Below are positions 47,550 to 61,670 of a stretch of DNA of 64,000 nucleotides, in pieces. Position 1 is the first letter of the stretch; each line of letters opens with the position of its first letter. A model generated the notes under the pieces. The model was given only the letters and a program-made list of their open reading frames with translations, was not told the DNA's origin and did not search any database. This DNA comes from Lobosporangium transversale (taxonomy: Eukaryota). The position numbers and the translations under genes were made by a program. Where the stretch lies: positions 1 through 64,000 of the forward strand of contig NW_019029015.1 in the NCBI RefSeq assembly GCF_002105155.1. The letters are read 5' to 3'.

Positions 47550-48560
47550 GCCGTGGCCCTTAGTTCAGTGGCGCCAATACTTCAACCATCAACGAGGACA
47601 AATCATTGCTCTCAAAGAATGCTTTCGGTATACTCATCACGCTCTCATGGAAATCTACAATTGCCACCAAGAAATGATCGCCAATGTAATGCCTTTATCG
47701 TAGCTTGCGTGCATTCTCGCTTAGCAAGGCTTACTACTGATACTTTGTACGGCCTTTTCGAACATTCTGAGACGTCTTGATACGCCATGGCAATCTCTTA
47801 TACATCTTTTAGGTATACTAAACTAGCATTTTATTTACGATTCTTGCCGAGCTCCAGAGCGTTGTCCTCTATGAATTTGCTATGTCAGCCAAAGGTTCAG
47901 TGAAGTAATTCTGTTTGGGTTTAAGTAATCAAGCGAATTTCAGGGTCTCTTGGTTATTGAATTAACATCAGAGCACGGTCAAAATGAAGTATTTGAATTT
48001 TGTGACAAATACTGGCAACGTCGGGTGTTGGTGAATCAGAGGACAGTGATCCAAGCCATACTCTGGTCTCCGTGGCGCTCAGTCTCTCTTCTCGGGCGAT
48101 GCGAAAGGGGGATACCCATAAGAATTGTTTATGACTTTTATTAATGGTTCCAGTAGTAATTGGCAGTGTAAGCTAATACATTATTCTAATGTATCACTCA
48201 AATGTCATCTCTATTATTGTTTGTAGCCTCTCAAAATACTCCCGACCATTAAACATATGCACCGTACGATCCCTCCAAGGAATTCCTTGGGCAACTGGAG
48301 GAAGAACGACATAATTCTGATTCTGTTGTCGGAAGGCAAGGCATGCTTTATTATTCGTTAATGATTACGCAGAAGTCTCTGAAAAGCGCACGGTAGTCGA
48401 GCAGAATGGCACAGTTCAAACATGCATTGGTGCGCATCAGAGGATTTCTCCTGGTATTGTTTGGACTTCACCTTCCACATCCCTTCGGCCAGCGCACATG
48501 CTAAAGAGCACACATGCATCCCATCTCTATTAGATAAGCTCAGGGCAATACGTGGAGGTT
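47550..48560 (-). pseudogene. Possible highly degraded leucine-rich-repeat gene remnant
   Basis: Fragments such as ITSLNLW...DNALELGKN..NASLVYLK on the minus strand; no intact frame. Confidence 0.2.
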
Positions 48561-48580
48561 AATTGCTTGTCCTTCATCGT

Positions 48581-48905
48581 TGAAAAATATTTTCAGATAG
48601 ATTGTAAACAGTAAAAAAAGTAAGTGAGAATAAGATGTGGGTCCACACACCACACCCATGGAGTATTTATTCATTTTCTGGTAGAGGGACTTGTACCAGG
48701 TAACTATGTATCTATCTATAAGACAGTATGGGTTCTCATGTCAAAGATTTGTCGCATCTTAGTGTGACGCGTTATTGCCACTAGTTTCTACTGCTAGTTT
48801 TTTTTATCGTACTATTTCAGTTGAAATTTCTCTAGTGTGTTTTTTAAGATCTTTCCTAGTTTTTTAGCCGGACCATTATTATATTGCATATTGAAATATG
48901 CAACA
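48581..48905 (-). mobile_element. Solo LTR, family B, with perfect 5-bp TSD
   Basis: TG...CA ends, flanked by atcgt at 48576-48580 and 48906-48910; reverse-complement similar to 49341-49651. Confidence 0.9.
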
Positions 48906-49340
48906 ATCGTTTAAAAAAAATAAAAATGAGAAAGAGAAGTCATTAAAGTAGAGTATTCCCTACCGCCTGTGAGGTATCGAATGAGCGACAGTGAGCATTA
49001 CTAGATGTGCCTCTGACCCGTGGCTGAAAGCCCGTATCCGTATGAATGCATAAACATCCCACTCTCACAGGCACAGTAAGTGCAATAAACCAAAGTAATT
49101 ACATGTAAAATAAATGTACTGATGCGCGGCATGCCTTTAATGTTTTCCTAGCATGTGCTGACGTAGTTGCTTACTTTTTAAAGAAAGAAGGATGACCAGT
49201 GAGAGACCTCGCAATGTCATCTACCACTGGAGCCTTGCAGGTTCTTTATTGCATTCAACTAGCGCGAGCCGTTTACAATTAGGATACAGCGCTGTCAGTG
49301 GTAAAGCACAGCTAACTAAGCTGAAGGAAGTAATTGTCTG

Positions 49341-51130
49341 TGTTGCAAATTTCACAGTATGCAATATAATGATGGCCTGGCTAGGGAAATTCCCAATCAA
49401 AATTAATACGCTAAAAAAAATTAGCAGTAGAAATTAGTGTCGATAACGCGTCGCACAAAGACGCGATAAATCTTTGACATGTGGGTTTTTGAATGAAACC
49501 CATGTTGTCTTATAGATAGATACGTAGTTGCCTGGTACAAGCCCCTTCTACCAGAAAATGAATAAGTACCCCATAGGTGTGGTGTGTGGACCCACATCTT
49601 ATTCTCACTTACTTTTTCTACTGTTACTATCTATCCGCAAAATATTTTTCATTTTTTTTAAAGTGAAGGTTTGAACACATTTCCACATCCATTCCATAAA
49701 AGACACTCTTTCATAATGAACCCCAACATTGCATCTGATAACCTCAAAACCGTTCTTATTGGTACTCATGCCAATAACGATGTCCCTCCTGCTACCCCTG
49801 TTGACCTGCAAGATGTTCCGCTCAACTCGTCTACTATTCCCCAAAGAGAACATTTTCAAGATATAGATATTGATGTTGTAACGGAGGACCCTCTCTCCAC
49901 GTTCGCGAATACTCGAAGCAACGAACAAATCTTAAAGGACATGAATGAAAAGCGTCGTGAGTTAATTACTCGAAAAGCTTACCTGGCCCGTCTGGTTGCT
50001 CAACAAGGTTCAGAAACTGTCGATGGAAACATCGAAGAAACTCTAAAAACGTAACCCAAGAACTTAGAGCGCTTGAGAGGAGAGCCGAAGACTTCCTGAA
50101 TTCCGTGCAAGAGGTGGAGTCACTGGCAACCCCACTCCATCTAAAAGTCAAAGAACTTACTGAGGACCAAAAGACTTAAGAAAAATGTGCACTGACCGAA
50201 CAAGAAAGGACGTCTCAATTTTACAAACTCTTGGAAAAAGGACGTGGTGCACATGAGACGTACCATCAATTCGCTATGCGACTTGATAGGGATGTCCGTG
50301 TTTATGGAGTTCGTGATGATAACGACATGGTCATCTCGATGCTCCAGGCAACCATGAATAACCATACATTGCACATCATGATGGCAATGCTACAAAATTA
50401 CAAAAAGCAATACATCACATCATTCACCCACATATCGGACTTCATAAAAATTTTGGGTGATCTCCAGGGTCCACGAAACCTAACAACACCGGTGTTCTCT
50501 GATGCAACCGAGGAAAAACCTCGTCAGACCGGTTCCATGAGGTATGCTCGAAATAAATCAAGGCATAATCCCATGAACAAACCCGCCCCAAGTGATGAAT
50601 CGAACAACAAACGATTCTTTGACTGTCAGCAGTGTGGAAGAAACACTACACACAACACAAAAGGGCATAAACAATGCTCTAAATGCAAAACAAGAGGTCA
50701 CGTAGCCTCAGAATGTACACGAAGAACTGGTGAGTGTCCCAATCAACCTGCAATCAGCTCGTTGGCAATCAAAGCCCCTAGCTTACATAATGAACCATGG
50801 CCATGTTTTTCCTTTTCTTCGCAGCTAACATTCGGAACGAGCCTTGTAATGAAAAACAAAAATCAGTACAATATTAAAAGCATACCTAAATCATTTAATA
50901 AACTATTTGCGTTATCTAAATGTGTAAATATTTACGCCAGACCGTCATGATATCCCCAAGATGTTGTTTGGTACTCAATCGAGGATTGCTATGGAAACAA
51001 TAGACGCAGAAGAACTACTATTGCATGATCAATATATCACCTCTGAGCTACGCCGGTCATTGTACTCTATCATATCGCAATTTCATCTTTATCAATGTCG
51101 AATGCCACTCTGAATAATGATACCCATACC
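49341..51130 (+). mobile_element. Truncated LTR retrotransposon: 5' LTR (49341-49651) plus frameshifted gag; no pol or 3' LTR
   Basis: LTR tgttgca...atttttca followed by poly-T; gag fragments 49716-50950 with ETYHQFAMRL, CQQC....H and CSKCKTRGHVASEC (CX2CX4HX4C). Right boundary approximate. Confidence 0.8.
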
Positions 51131-51594
51131 TAGGCTCGTCACCCATACATACCTTGGCCAAGCATCTGCAAGAGCAAGCCATCCAATTGCCTTTTTAGGC
51201 ACGGCTGCCCTGCAGCACGTGTGCACACACATGCGCTTCGTCCGCAGGAGCCTACCTCTTTTATGTATGCGTTTCTAAAATATGTATGGGTGAATGTGCA
51301 ATATGTGCAACAATATGTGCAATGTAATTTGCTCTGAACTATTATTACCATGCAAAAACGCTCTGTGCAATGAATGACAAGGCGTGTCTTTTTGGGTACA
51401 CTTCTCGGGGAGAGAGAAGGGTGACAGGGTTCCCCCTGTTCCGCCTTCGCCTCTTTTATCTCTCTCTCTCTCTCTCTCTCTCAATCTTTTTTTTTTTTTT
51501 TTTTTTTTTTGTCTCTTCTTCTTTCACAATTCCACATTTCGCCATTACCATTTACCTTTTACTTAAAGCCCCTTACATCATAATTATTCAGACA

Positions 51595-51675
51595 TGAGTG
51601 CAGAGGATCAGACCGCTCCAGAGACCCAGGTATTCTAACTAGCACAGAAGCATTCTTTCTTTCTTTTCTTTTTTC

Positions 51676-51708
<33 letters not shown>

Positions 51709-52867
51709 GAAAAAAAAAGAAAAAAGACGCAAGAACAGGTTGAGCGAGAGCAGAGTAGTCAACAGGCTTCTGTTCGATGGAGAATTGATGACGAGTAATA
51801 ACACGAAACCTATACGTTTTTTTTTTTTTTTTTTTCGTCTAGAAGATCGAACACGATGCAACTGTTGATAAGCTTGAGATCAATTTACAGGGTTTAAACA
51901 TTCTCGAAAAGACTGATCTTGCTGCAGAACTAGAAACCGTAAAGGATCGTTTGGAAGCTATTGAAAAGTATATATATACACAGAAGTTTTTTTTTGAAGG
52001 AAAAAAAAAAAGAAGCATTACACATTAGCTTACTTTTTTTTTTTCATATTGAATTTAGGGAGGAACGAATTGGTGCTGATCCTGAAAAAGTTGCCCTCGA
52101 GGAGGTAAAAAAAAAAAAAAAAAAAAGTTTATTAATTGGTACACCAAAAAAAAGGAGTAATTTCTTTATTCACTCATACCCTCTTTCGAACAACCAAACA
52201 GCTTCAAAAATCAACCGAGGAATTGATCTCGATCCGCAAGCAATTGAGCGAGAAGCAGGCAGAATTGGATGCACTAGATGAATCAGACAACGATCGGTAA
52301 CTACCGAGAATATGAATAGCCTTTTTAATTTTTTATTTTTATACATCCTCAGTCTCCGCATTCCTGCTATATCTAAACGTTACAAGTATCATTGTAATTA
52401 TTATTATCTATCATTTTGTCCTTTTAGATCCGATGTTTCGGCCGAAGTAGAGCGCTTGAAAAAAGAGGTGGACGAAAAAGAACACCATTGGAATGCTACA
52501 AAGGAAGTTTGGCGTCGTGAGTTTGGCCCAATCGTAGACAGTAACTCTTCATTGAGTACTGGAATCAATGGTAAACTATTTTATTTTTTATTTTTTTTAT
52601 TTTTTTATTTGATTAGAGAGAAGAGAGAAGGATAGCTTATTCCGTTTTCAACTTGTTTTTACTCATAATCTAATTCTTTCCTTTCAATATTCTCTAGCTG
52701 CCAATCAACATGACATCAAAAGGCTTCAGGAGCAGATCGCAAGTCTTCAGAAGCAGCTGGATGAAGTTTCATTGCGTAGAAAGCAAATGGTTGCTGATGC
52801 AGAAGAACAGCATCGGAGATTAGTTGAGCAGGATGACTCCATAGATGATAATAAGAATGAAGAGTAA
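51595..52867 (+). CDS. Hypothetical acidic coiled-coil protein, ~6 exons
   Basis: MSAEDQTAPETQ|KIEHDATVDKLEINLQGL...|EERIGADPEKVALEE|LQKSTEEL...|SDVSAEVERLKKEV...|AANQHDIKRLQEQIASLQKQL...EE*, with GT-AG junctions. Confidence 0.7.
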
Positions 52868-53026
52868 AAAAACTGGTTGTCACAGGAAGCTTTTTACTTT
52901 TTTTATTTATACAAACATTATTATTTTATTATTAAATCCAACAGACTTTTTGACAGACAATTCGATGTGATCTCGTGGTGTGTTGACTGGCTGCCATGAG
53001 TGTATTGCTATCAATGCTTCAATGCT

Positions 53027-53118
53027 TTAACGATAACGACCTGCTCCTCCAATTGGCGGTGGAGGCGGGTTTCTTCCCCCTGATAATGATGAAAAATCCA
53101 GAGGGATTGCTTTTTTAT

Positions 53119-53149
<31 letters not shown>

Positions 53150-53193
53150 TTAGTAAAAAATGTATCTTTTTGCCAGAGACTTGTGCATTTTTT

Positions 53194-53226
<33 letters not shown>

Positions 53227-55257
53227 GCATGGAGACGCAAAAGTAGCTTACAGCTTCCTGTTGAATTCCCACTGGGGTACACTTTTGATCCATGATCATA
53301 ATTCGTCCTGGGTGCAGGGAAATCTCCTGTAGTTCTAAATGTCCATCGTCCTTCTGTTGCTAGTGGCTCTGCTGTTGATTAAGATAGTAGTAATTGCGGC
53401 ATTAAAAATAAATAAAAAATAAAAAAAATAAAAAAATAAAAAAATAAAAAAATAAAAAATAAAAAAAATAAAAAAATAAAAAAATAAAAAGCATTATTGA
53501 TCATTATCAAAACTGAATGGTCATGCATTATTGCCATAAAAATAATTCTCTCTAGCTTTTGAAATACTAAAGTTGTGTGCTTACGTTGCTTAAATGAGGG
53601 AGTCACAGGGGAGGCGGGTCGAAAATCTGGCTTGGTTGGTGCAGAGCCTGATCTGGCCCTATGACCCGACCCTGGTGGAACAGGTGGCGTTGCGGGTGCA
53701 CTAGGCGATGGACGTAACTTATTGGGCGTTGACAACGAGGGTGGGCCAGGTGTAGAGCGAGTAGGTTGTTGAGGAGGGGCACGGCCTGGGGGCGCAGGAG
53801 TTGATCTTGATGGTGTTACTGGTGTCGCTGGTGGTGCAGTCGCTGCTCCATTCGTCCGAGGTGGTGGTGGTGGTCCTGGTTTACGTGCTGGTGTGGGTGG
53901 AGCAGGAGAACGCGAGGAGTTGGGGGCCCCAGGCACAGGGCGCCCTGGGGGTCGAGCAGGGGACCCATTTGCTCCGTTGACGTGCGGTAGAGCAGAGCTA
54001 CGATTCGGTAGGCTAGGAGGAGTTGCTGTTGCGGATGGTGTTGAGGGTGTGTGGCGCACTGGCGGTGGGGTTCGTCCTGGCACGCTAGGCGGTGTTGCAG
54101 CAGGTACTGGAGGCGTAGACCGGGCAGAAGCGTTGATAGTCGGTGGTTTCGGTAGCCCTCTAGCTGGAGTCCCATTGGTGGTGTTATTGTTTGCGCTGTG
54201 GTCGGCTACGAAGCAATAAGAAGCAGATTTGACGGTAGCTATATTAGATACATACTGGCATAAACATGCCTGACAAAAACCCAACAAGATAGCGATCTGT
54301 GGACAAGAGCGGCGCGTGTGAAAGTACGAGCAGTGCAGAGAGCCGCAATTAGATCAAGTGGAGTAGCAAAAGAATCGAGACAAAGAGCGACGAGAGCTGC
54401 TCAATTCATATCTTTCTTCCTCTGTTGTAATAATTTGAATGGCCAACTGGATAAATATAAATCATCGCCAATGTCATTTGTCGCACATAGTTTGTCTGCA
54501 CATTGTTGTTTGCTCCATTGACCTCAAATCACATGTCGACAACTGTAAATGGTGAGTGTCTGGTGTTGTCTTTTTTTTGTTTTTGTTTTCTTGCCCGCAC
54601 TGGTTACCACATCATCATTACTCCCATTACTACAAGTCAATGACCGAAAGCTGGCATGGCGATGAAAGATGCCAAGAAGAACAGCCCAAAAAAAAAAAAA
54701 AAAAAAAATCTTTATTCTTACCTCCAGTATCCAGTCCACCGCTTCGACTCTTAAGTTTAGGCATTCCTCCAGCAAACAGCCCACCTAATTGAGGTGCGCC
54801 TCCACCTCCTGCGCCTCCAATTGGTGGTGGTCGTGGTAACGTTCCTCCTCCGCTGCCTATCGATGACTTTGGTGTCTCTTATTTTAGAAAAGGAATCAAG
54901 AATAAACTTTTAATTTTTAGCATCAGCACGTCATTGTCACAAAGACGAGTTTTCTTGTTGCCATTCACCGAGAGGAACGATGAAATAAAAATAAAAATAA
55001 TAATTGTAATAGAATAATGACAAAACAATCGCTTCGACATGATGTAGAATGGTCAAGACATGCTGTAAAAATGGAGTCAAGACGTTACCGACGATTGGTG
55101 CAGAACGGTCGTTAGTGACAGCCTTTTTGAGACGTTTGCCAGACTGAATTTGCGAGAGAAGTGCGCTTCTATCATTTGAAACCGGAGGCAGTTTCCCAGG
55201 AGCTGGTGGTCCTCCTCCTGGTGGCGGTGGTGGGGGTGGTGGGGGTGGTGGTGGCAT
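53027..55257 (-). CDS. VRP1: Verprolin / WASP-interacting protein (WIP) homologue, multi-exon
   Basis: N-terminal polyproline + WH2 (DRSALLSQIQSGKRLKKAVTNDRSAP), LGGLFAGGMPKLK, Pro-rich middle, C-terminal GRWTF...DFPAPR...KVYPSG. Confidence 0.9.
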
Positions 55258-55967
55258 TGATGGTTGTCTATCGAGTAAAAGAGGCGAATGAAATGTGTAG
55301 GAATGAAATGTTAATCTTTGTCTTAACGGATAATGGATGCACGTGACTGATGGTAAAGATCAAAAATAAAAAATGTGAGGGATGTGTTTCTGGACGCGTC
55401 TATTCCTTACGACAAAGACCACTAGAATCACAGTTGGTTGGGATGAGTAATCACGAGGATTCAGTGGGCGCTTCCATAAAGGCGGCCTCTGCGTCAATAT
55501 CGCTGGCGACAATATAGGTATTGGAGCATTATGTAAAACATACCTATAAGCCTACTAATTCTGATCAGCTGGGTACAATGCGGCGGACTACAGAGACGAG
55601 CGAGAGACATGTCATACATAGTCTTACTAGAAAACACAACATGGTTAAGCCCAATACAGCATGATAAAAGTGCTTGTAGCAAACAGTAAAGACGATGAAA
55701 AAGCAATTTCTGGTTGCTTTGCCCTTTTATTATTATTATTATTTTTTTTTTTTTTTGGTTTACGAAAAAAGCATATCAATTAGGCTTAAAAAAAAGTTTC
55801 GCCACAGACGATTTCGCTTTTTTCCCTCCTCATTTCTCCATCTCACAAGCAACAGGAAGTCTACACCCCACAAAAAAGAAATTTATTACTTGGTCTTTCT
55901 TTTTCCTTTCTCTTGTTATATTCAGGAACATCAGGAATAGCAGGAGACACTTTTTTATCACTTCACC

Positions 55968-56851
55968 ATGAATCTGCGTCAGGTTGTTACGAATCCCTCT
56001 TCCAAAAGGACATCGCCACTCTGTGAATACACCTCATCTTGTCACTACAAATTCTTATTTATTGACTCTCAAATCTTCAATACATTATAGATCCTCACAA
56101 ATTCACTCAATGTATTGATGATGCTCTTTGGTGTCTTCATGTCCTATAAGGCATGGGGTCTTTACACCAACTGTGAATCTCCTTTGGTTGTCGTCCTGAG
56201 GTTCGTGTCTTTTTTTTCTCCTCCCCCACGAATAACGCGCCACGTCAATCTAATAATCATCGAAACTGTGTTTTGAAGTGTTGCCGTTCCCTTGAGAATT
56301 AGAGCAGCCTCTCTAACTTTTTTTTTTTTTTTTTTACAGTGAAAGTATGGAACCAGCATTTGCAAGAGGCGATATCTTATTCTTAAGCAATCCCAAGAAA
56401 CCTATTGAGATTGGAGAGATCTGTGTTTTCAAGATTCCTGGACGCGATATTCCTATTGTTCACCGCGTCATCGATCGCCATGATTCGTACGTCCAATTAT
56501 TTCTAGCTCAATTCGAATTACTCAAGAAAGAGAAATCCGCTTTTATTTTCTCTCTCTCTTTACTTTCTCAAATTCACTCGTTTGTTTTTTGCATTTTCTT
56601 ATCTTAGGTCGAGTACTGGAAGCCAGCTACTTCTGACCAAGGGAGACAACAATAATGTGGATGATCGTGGTCTTTACCAGGAATTGCACTCAAACAGAGG
56701 AAAGATGTGGATTGAACCCAAAGACATTGTTGGTCGTGTACAAGGATTCTTGCCATACCTTGGCATGTTCACCATCTTCATGACAGACTATCCAATGCTT
56801 AAATACGCGCTCTTAGGCGCAGTTGGCGTCATTGTCTTCCTATACGAGTAA
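55968..56851 (+). CDS. SEC11: Signal peptidase complex catalytic subunit; exons 55968-55982, 56091-56200, 56340-56486, 56608-56851
   Basis: [43 protein letters not shown]. Confidence 0.95.
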
Positions 56852-57182
56852 AAAAAAACAGAAAAAAAAAATAAGAATAATGATGTTTTTGAAGTAGGGA
56901 TAATAATAAAGAAATCTAGCAGACTTTCTTCAGTATACCCCAGCATTCGCCCAAGCCTAGAATGAACTGATTGAAGTGACAGTCTAGATTACTTTTTTTT
57001 ATTTATTTTATTTCTGTAACCATAATATTAATAGTAATAAAAAGAGTTTATAGTTGTAAAGTCACCGGATATTCCTTGCGTACAGAATTGAAGCACTTTA
57101 TCTTTCTGCCCTCCTATAGCATTACAATGTGGTGCAAAATAATAATAACAACAATAGTAATAATAAAATTAGTCATGTAATC

Positions 57183-58520
57183 CTAGATGGGGAAAACCTG
57201 GACGAAGATATAGCGCTCTTACCAATGCTGCTTTCTTTAGATCATCCACTTTAATGATTCCTTCACGCAGTTCTCCTTTCTCCAGTAGATATCGTCGCAT
57301 TGTGCCACATAAAAGACCTACCAAATGAAGACAAAAATAAAGAAACTAGGGTTATTCAACTGAATTCAACTTGGAAATGATTTATGAGTAAAAAAAAAAA
57401 AAAAAAGCTTTACCTGAGGACAATGGAGGTGTGATCCACTCTAGCTTTCCTGATTCTGGATCGACAATTTCGACAGCAATATTAGCAATGGATGTCTCCA
57501 TGATTTCGTTGTTCTGATTGTATAAAATCACGTCGTATGGTCCCGATGTTGTTCCAGGTGGCCCAATGGGACCAAGCTCTTGTTAAATCCCAACAAAAAA
57601 AAAAAAAAAAAAAAAAAAAATTGGATCCGAGATGAGAAAGACGTAAGACAAACATTTAGCAATTTAAATGATAAAGCCATATCTGCTCAACTCATGGCAA
57701 ACATACTTAGTCTGTCCCGTGCATCATTATAAACAGCCCGCTCTGTAGTCTTATGATGTAAAAAGGGGTTGTCGCTATTTGTTGCTTCTGTATCCAGGAC
57801 TACAATGATAGAAGAATCTGATGCCAGAAGGTTTATAAAAATAAAAAAAAAAAAATAAAAAGGCCAAGACAAGTCAGTGAGATAGATAATGGAAGACAGA
57901 GGAAAAGAGCGAGAAGAGAGAGAAAGAGAAAACAGAAAGAGCGAAGAAATACCTGAAAAGTCATTAGTCTCCGAAAGCAATTGACTGGACTGAATTGAGA
58001 TTGCTCCATCAAAGTCAAGTAACACTCGTATCTGCAACGACAACAACAACAACAACAAAAAAGAGGATTCAACGTGAGTATTCCTAGGAAATGATTGTTC
58101 TCTTCCTTTAGCCACCATGTTTACTCTTAAAAAAAAAAAAAAAGGCCTTACTCGCTGACGTATATTTCTGCCTAGGTTCTTGATGGCGACATCCAGTTTA
58201 TTCGATATCTCTGAATGTGTGGGGATCAGGTCGCGTAAAAATTTTTCTGGATCAGTTGCAAAAAATTCTCCTAAAGCCTTGGCCGAATTGATCATTCGTT
58301 CACAATGATAGTCAAGAAGAAAAAAACCCTCTTTTTTTTTATAAGGATTTGAAGATATTGTCAGGAATGGAATGAGTATGATACACCGTGGGAAAGTTCG
58401 GATATCTTTAAGGCTCGAACATTAGAAGATCCATGGCCTCATTCCCCTCTGCAAGGATATACAATGCCTCTTACCTTTCGGGTCATAGAGGATAGTCTCA
58501 AGTAAATGGAATGAAGTCAT
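57183..58520 (-). CDS. Class IV aminotransferase-fold protein, 4-amino-4-deoxychorismate lyase (ABZ2/PabC)-like, multi-exon
   Basis: FHLLETILYDP..GFFLLDYHCERM, RVLLDFDG, HKTTERAVY..AR, DVILYN...IMETSIANIAV, WITPPLSSGLLCGTMRRYLL. Confidence 0.8.
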
Positions 58521-61500
58521 GGAATAAAAAAAAAAAAAAAGAATGATTGATGATGTTTCTAACATGAACACATGAACACATTGTAAACCGAAAGTGAATT
58601 AGGCACGTGCTGGAGGTTTAAGTTCGTTTACACTTAGTGGCCATTCGCTTATTGTGATATTTTTATACCACTGAATGCTTCTATAAAGATACTTGTACCT
58701 CGCCGAACTCCAATCGCACGAAGAATGCAATACCAGAACAGCCTTCCAGCAAACAGGGCTGATTCTTCCTAAAGTATAAGTGCGGACTACTATAGTTAAT
58801 CTTTCGAGGCGCAAGGTATACTAAATGATATTGACCTTGAGATACCAGACTATTTCCTAGGCGACTGCGGGACCCATAGCGAACACCGCTCCTAGCCTCA
58901 GTCGCGAAAAGAGGAGGTTCCCCAAAGCGCCTTCCCCTCTCGCCGAATCTGCACATCAAGTTCATCATACCAGACACACGGTGCTTGGACGTTCTATACC
59001 ACGTTATGATTCTAAGTTATCGGCTGCACGGCAAACCTCACTGTCATCCCTTTATACATCCAGCAATTTCTCCCAGTATCTGGAGCCAGAGCTGGGTCCA
59101 CGTTCAGTCTCTTTAATTCCTGCAGCGAGCTCCACACAACAGATGGTGAAGCTGTTAATCCCGATGATTGTCAACTGCAGTCTTCCTGGTCCACTGGGTT
59201 TATGGACTTGCTTTGCAAGGCATTTGTCTGAAAGCTTCCTTCATGGCTAACATCAGGAAGAGGCAGCTGCTGTCACAGGGGACCACGCAAAGAAACAAGC
59301 TTATGGCCCAGCGCTTTACGATCCAGAACGCGTGTTTCCTATCAGGCGCGAGTAAGAATAAAAAAAAATAACAATTCCCATGATAAGGCTTCGTTTTTCT
59401 CTTTATACTATTCGCTACCGATATTCGCATAAGCATGCCTCCAATGCGATTGGTAAGGCTTGCCAATATTGATTTGGGTGCTGGAGCATCCTTCTTCTAT
59501 ATTCTGTTGCCGCCACGTTTTACCAATAGTCTCTGAGATCTTCTTCATTATTACCTTCGTATACATCCCATTTCATCAAAGCTTACATTGCTGCTGTGGC
59601 TGGGCATTAATAGCCACCAATATCTAGTTTTTATTTTATTCTTATTAACTGCTCAGGGTGTTCTGTGGATCCACAGCAAGGAGATATTCTTTGTAAAAAT
59701 AGAATCTCTCATTCGTCATCAGCGAGCACTACCACGGTCACCTGTAGACAGATAGTATAAAGGCCAAAGAATCTCCTCCCAATAAAGTCATCAGTTCCCA
59801 CCCTGCAGCCTACCACTTTAAACATGTCTTCATATCATTCAAGCAAAAAAGCCTCCAGAAATACTTTAAAACCAAGAAGATCTTTGCCGAAGCCTCTTGG
59901 CTTCAGTTTATAAAGGATGACGAAGACGAGCTTCAGATTTGGAACGAGTCAAGAAAAGAGAGAAAAAAATTCTGGAAGATTCAAGCAGTGATATCCCGGA
60001 CCTGGCTATTGTTGCGTTGGCTACCCCTCTCAACTTAACAATAGGATCTTAAGTCTTTTCTTGTATGCTTCTTCACCTCTGAAATACCTACTCTCAGAAA
60101 AGATCCGGTTCAGCCTATTCAGGCATTTCATCCTCTTCGACCTCTTCAGGTCCTTCAGAATCTTCAGTCATTTCCTCGTCTCTATCCCCCTCATATCTTT
60201 CACTCGCTTTAGTCTCCCCGCCCTCCGCTTCAATCTCTCTCCAGTACGGAACATCATATACCAAGATCTGTCTCGTCACAAAAACGCAAATTCACGTCAT
60301 CCTCCTTTGCACCCTATAATACCATCAAGCGCTCCCAGGGTTTCTACTAAAAAAAAAAAAAAAAAATGTATCTAGTCCGAGATGTTAACTCTCAGTCGGA
60401 TGATCCTCGGGAAGTCCGCATCTTTAGCCTTCAACAGAATGGCCCTTGGTGCTTCCTAATGGAGGCCGCAAAGGTATTGGTATATATAGTTGTACTTTCT
60501 TCTGGCGCATTTATCCCAAAATACCAAAATAATGTAAAAACTTGCTAAGCTTTCTCTATATTATGTTAGTATATACCTCGGTCAGAAAAATATCGACATT
60601 ACGTCTTTGTCTGACATTCCGCACCTTTCCTTGTCCCGTCAAGGGCTAGTCTGTTTACTACAGCTTAATCCTGTATAAGAACAAAAAGCGAACAATTGAC
60701 CAAAAAGATGCCAGGTAGAGATACTTTATTCTTTTTTTGGTTCATGCTTGTTATTGTCGTTACTATTGTTTCATGTTTATTTAAAAGAAAACCCATTTCA
60801 TTGCTGTGTGCCTCATAATAATAGTATGGTATTGCCTGTGCATTGAATCAATCCTCCAAAAGGATTGAGCCCTATTTTAAAAAAAGTTTTCCTTGAATCA
60901 GTAATCATTGCGTATAGCCCGGCTCGTCCTCCAAACAAGACTTCAATATCCTTGGACTGCTATTGCCGGTACTTGAAGCTGATGATATGAGGTGCCTGTA
61001 CGAAGAAGTTGGAGTCCTGAAGAGAAAGTATTTTCAGCAACAACGGATAGGCGAATCCGTACTGAGATACATATTCTGCGGCTGTGGGCCAAGAAGATCA
61101 AAAGCTGTTTTTATTATTGTTGCCAAGCGGGTACCTTTTATTAAGATCCCACCATAGCCGCCATACAATGTTCTGACCTTATGAGTAAAAATGGAACTAC
61201 CCTTGAGGTGCACTCCCAAGGTTTGGTACGTAATACGTGCTGCCACTTTGTGGATCATGTGTAAGTGTATATGCTGGTTAATATATTTCTGTGCTTTGAA
61301 GGCTGCTGTCCGGTGCTGTATCCTTCATTTGGTAGCAACTCATCTGAAGCTAATGCTGTCAGCGAGTGGAGGGCTATACTGAGCTACCTTTTGAAAGGAG
61401 AAGGCGTCCACATGTAGAGATAAATCCAACGTCCCAACTGATAAAGGACCGAACCGTTTCTTAGTACAGCCACATGAAGCTAACTGTTTTTCATTGTTTA

Positions 61501-61670
61501 TTTTTTTTTTTTTTTTTTTTTTTTGTAAACTAGTTGTGAATGCGTTTCTGGCTCCACAAAGGAGATTAAGAAGATTTTAAAAGTATAAGAAAGGATGGCT
61601 CTACCGCAATAAGGACGTACTGCATCGTTAAGAAGCTGTTTGAGATTAGCGGAGCAGAAGGACGGAGTCT

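Noticed and set aside
48581..49651. Single TIR DNA transposon with ~320-bp inverted repeats
   Set aside because: The left arm has its own ATCGT TSD and the right arm leads into gag, so they are two independent LTRs.
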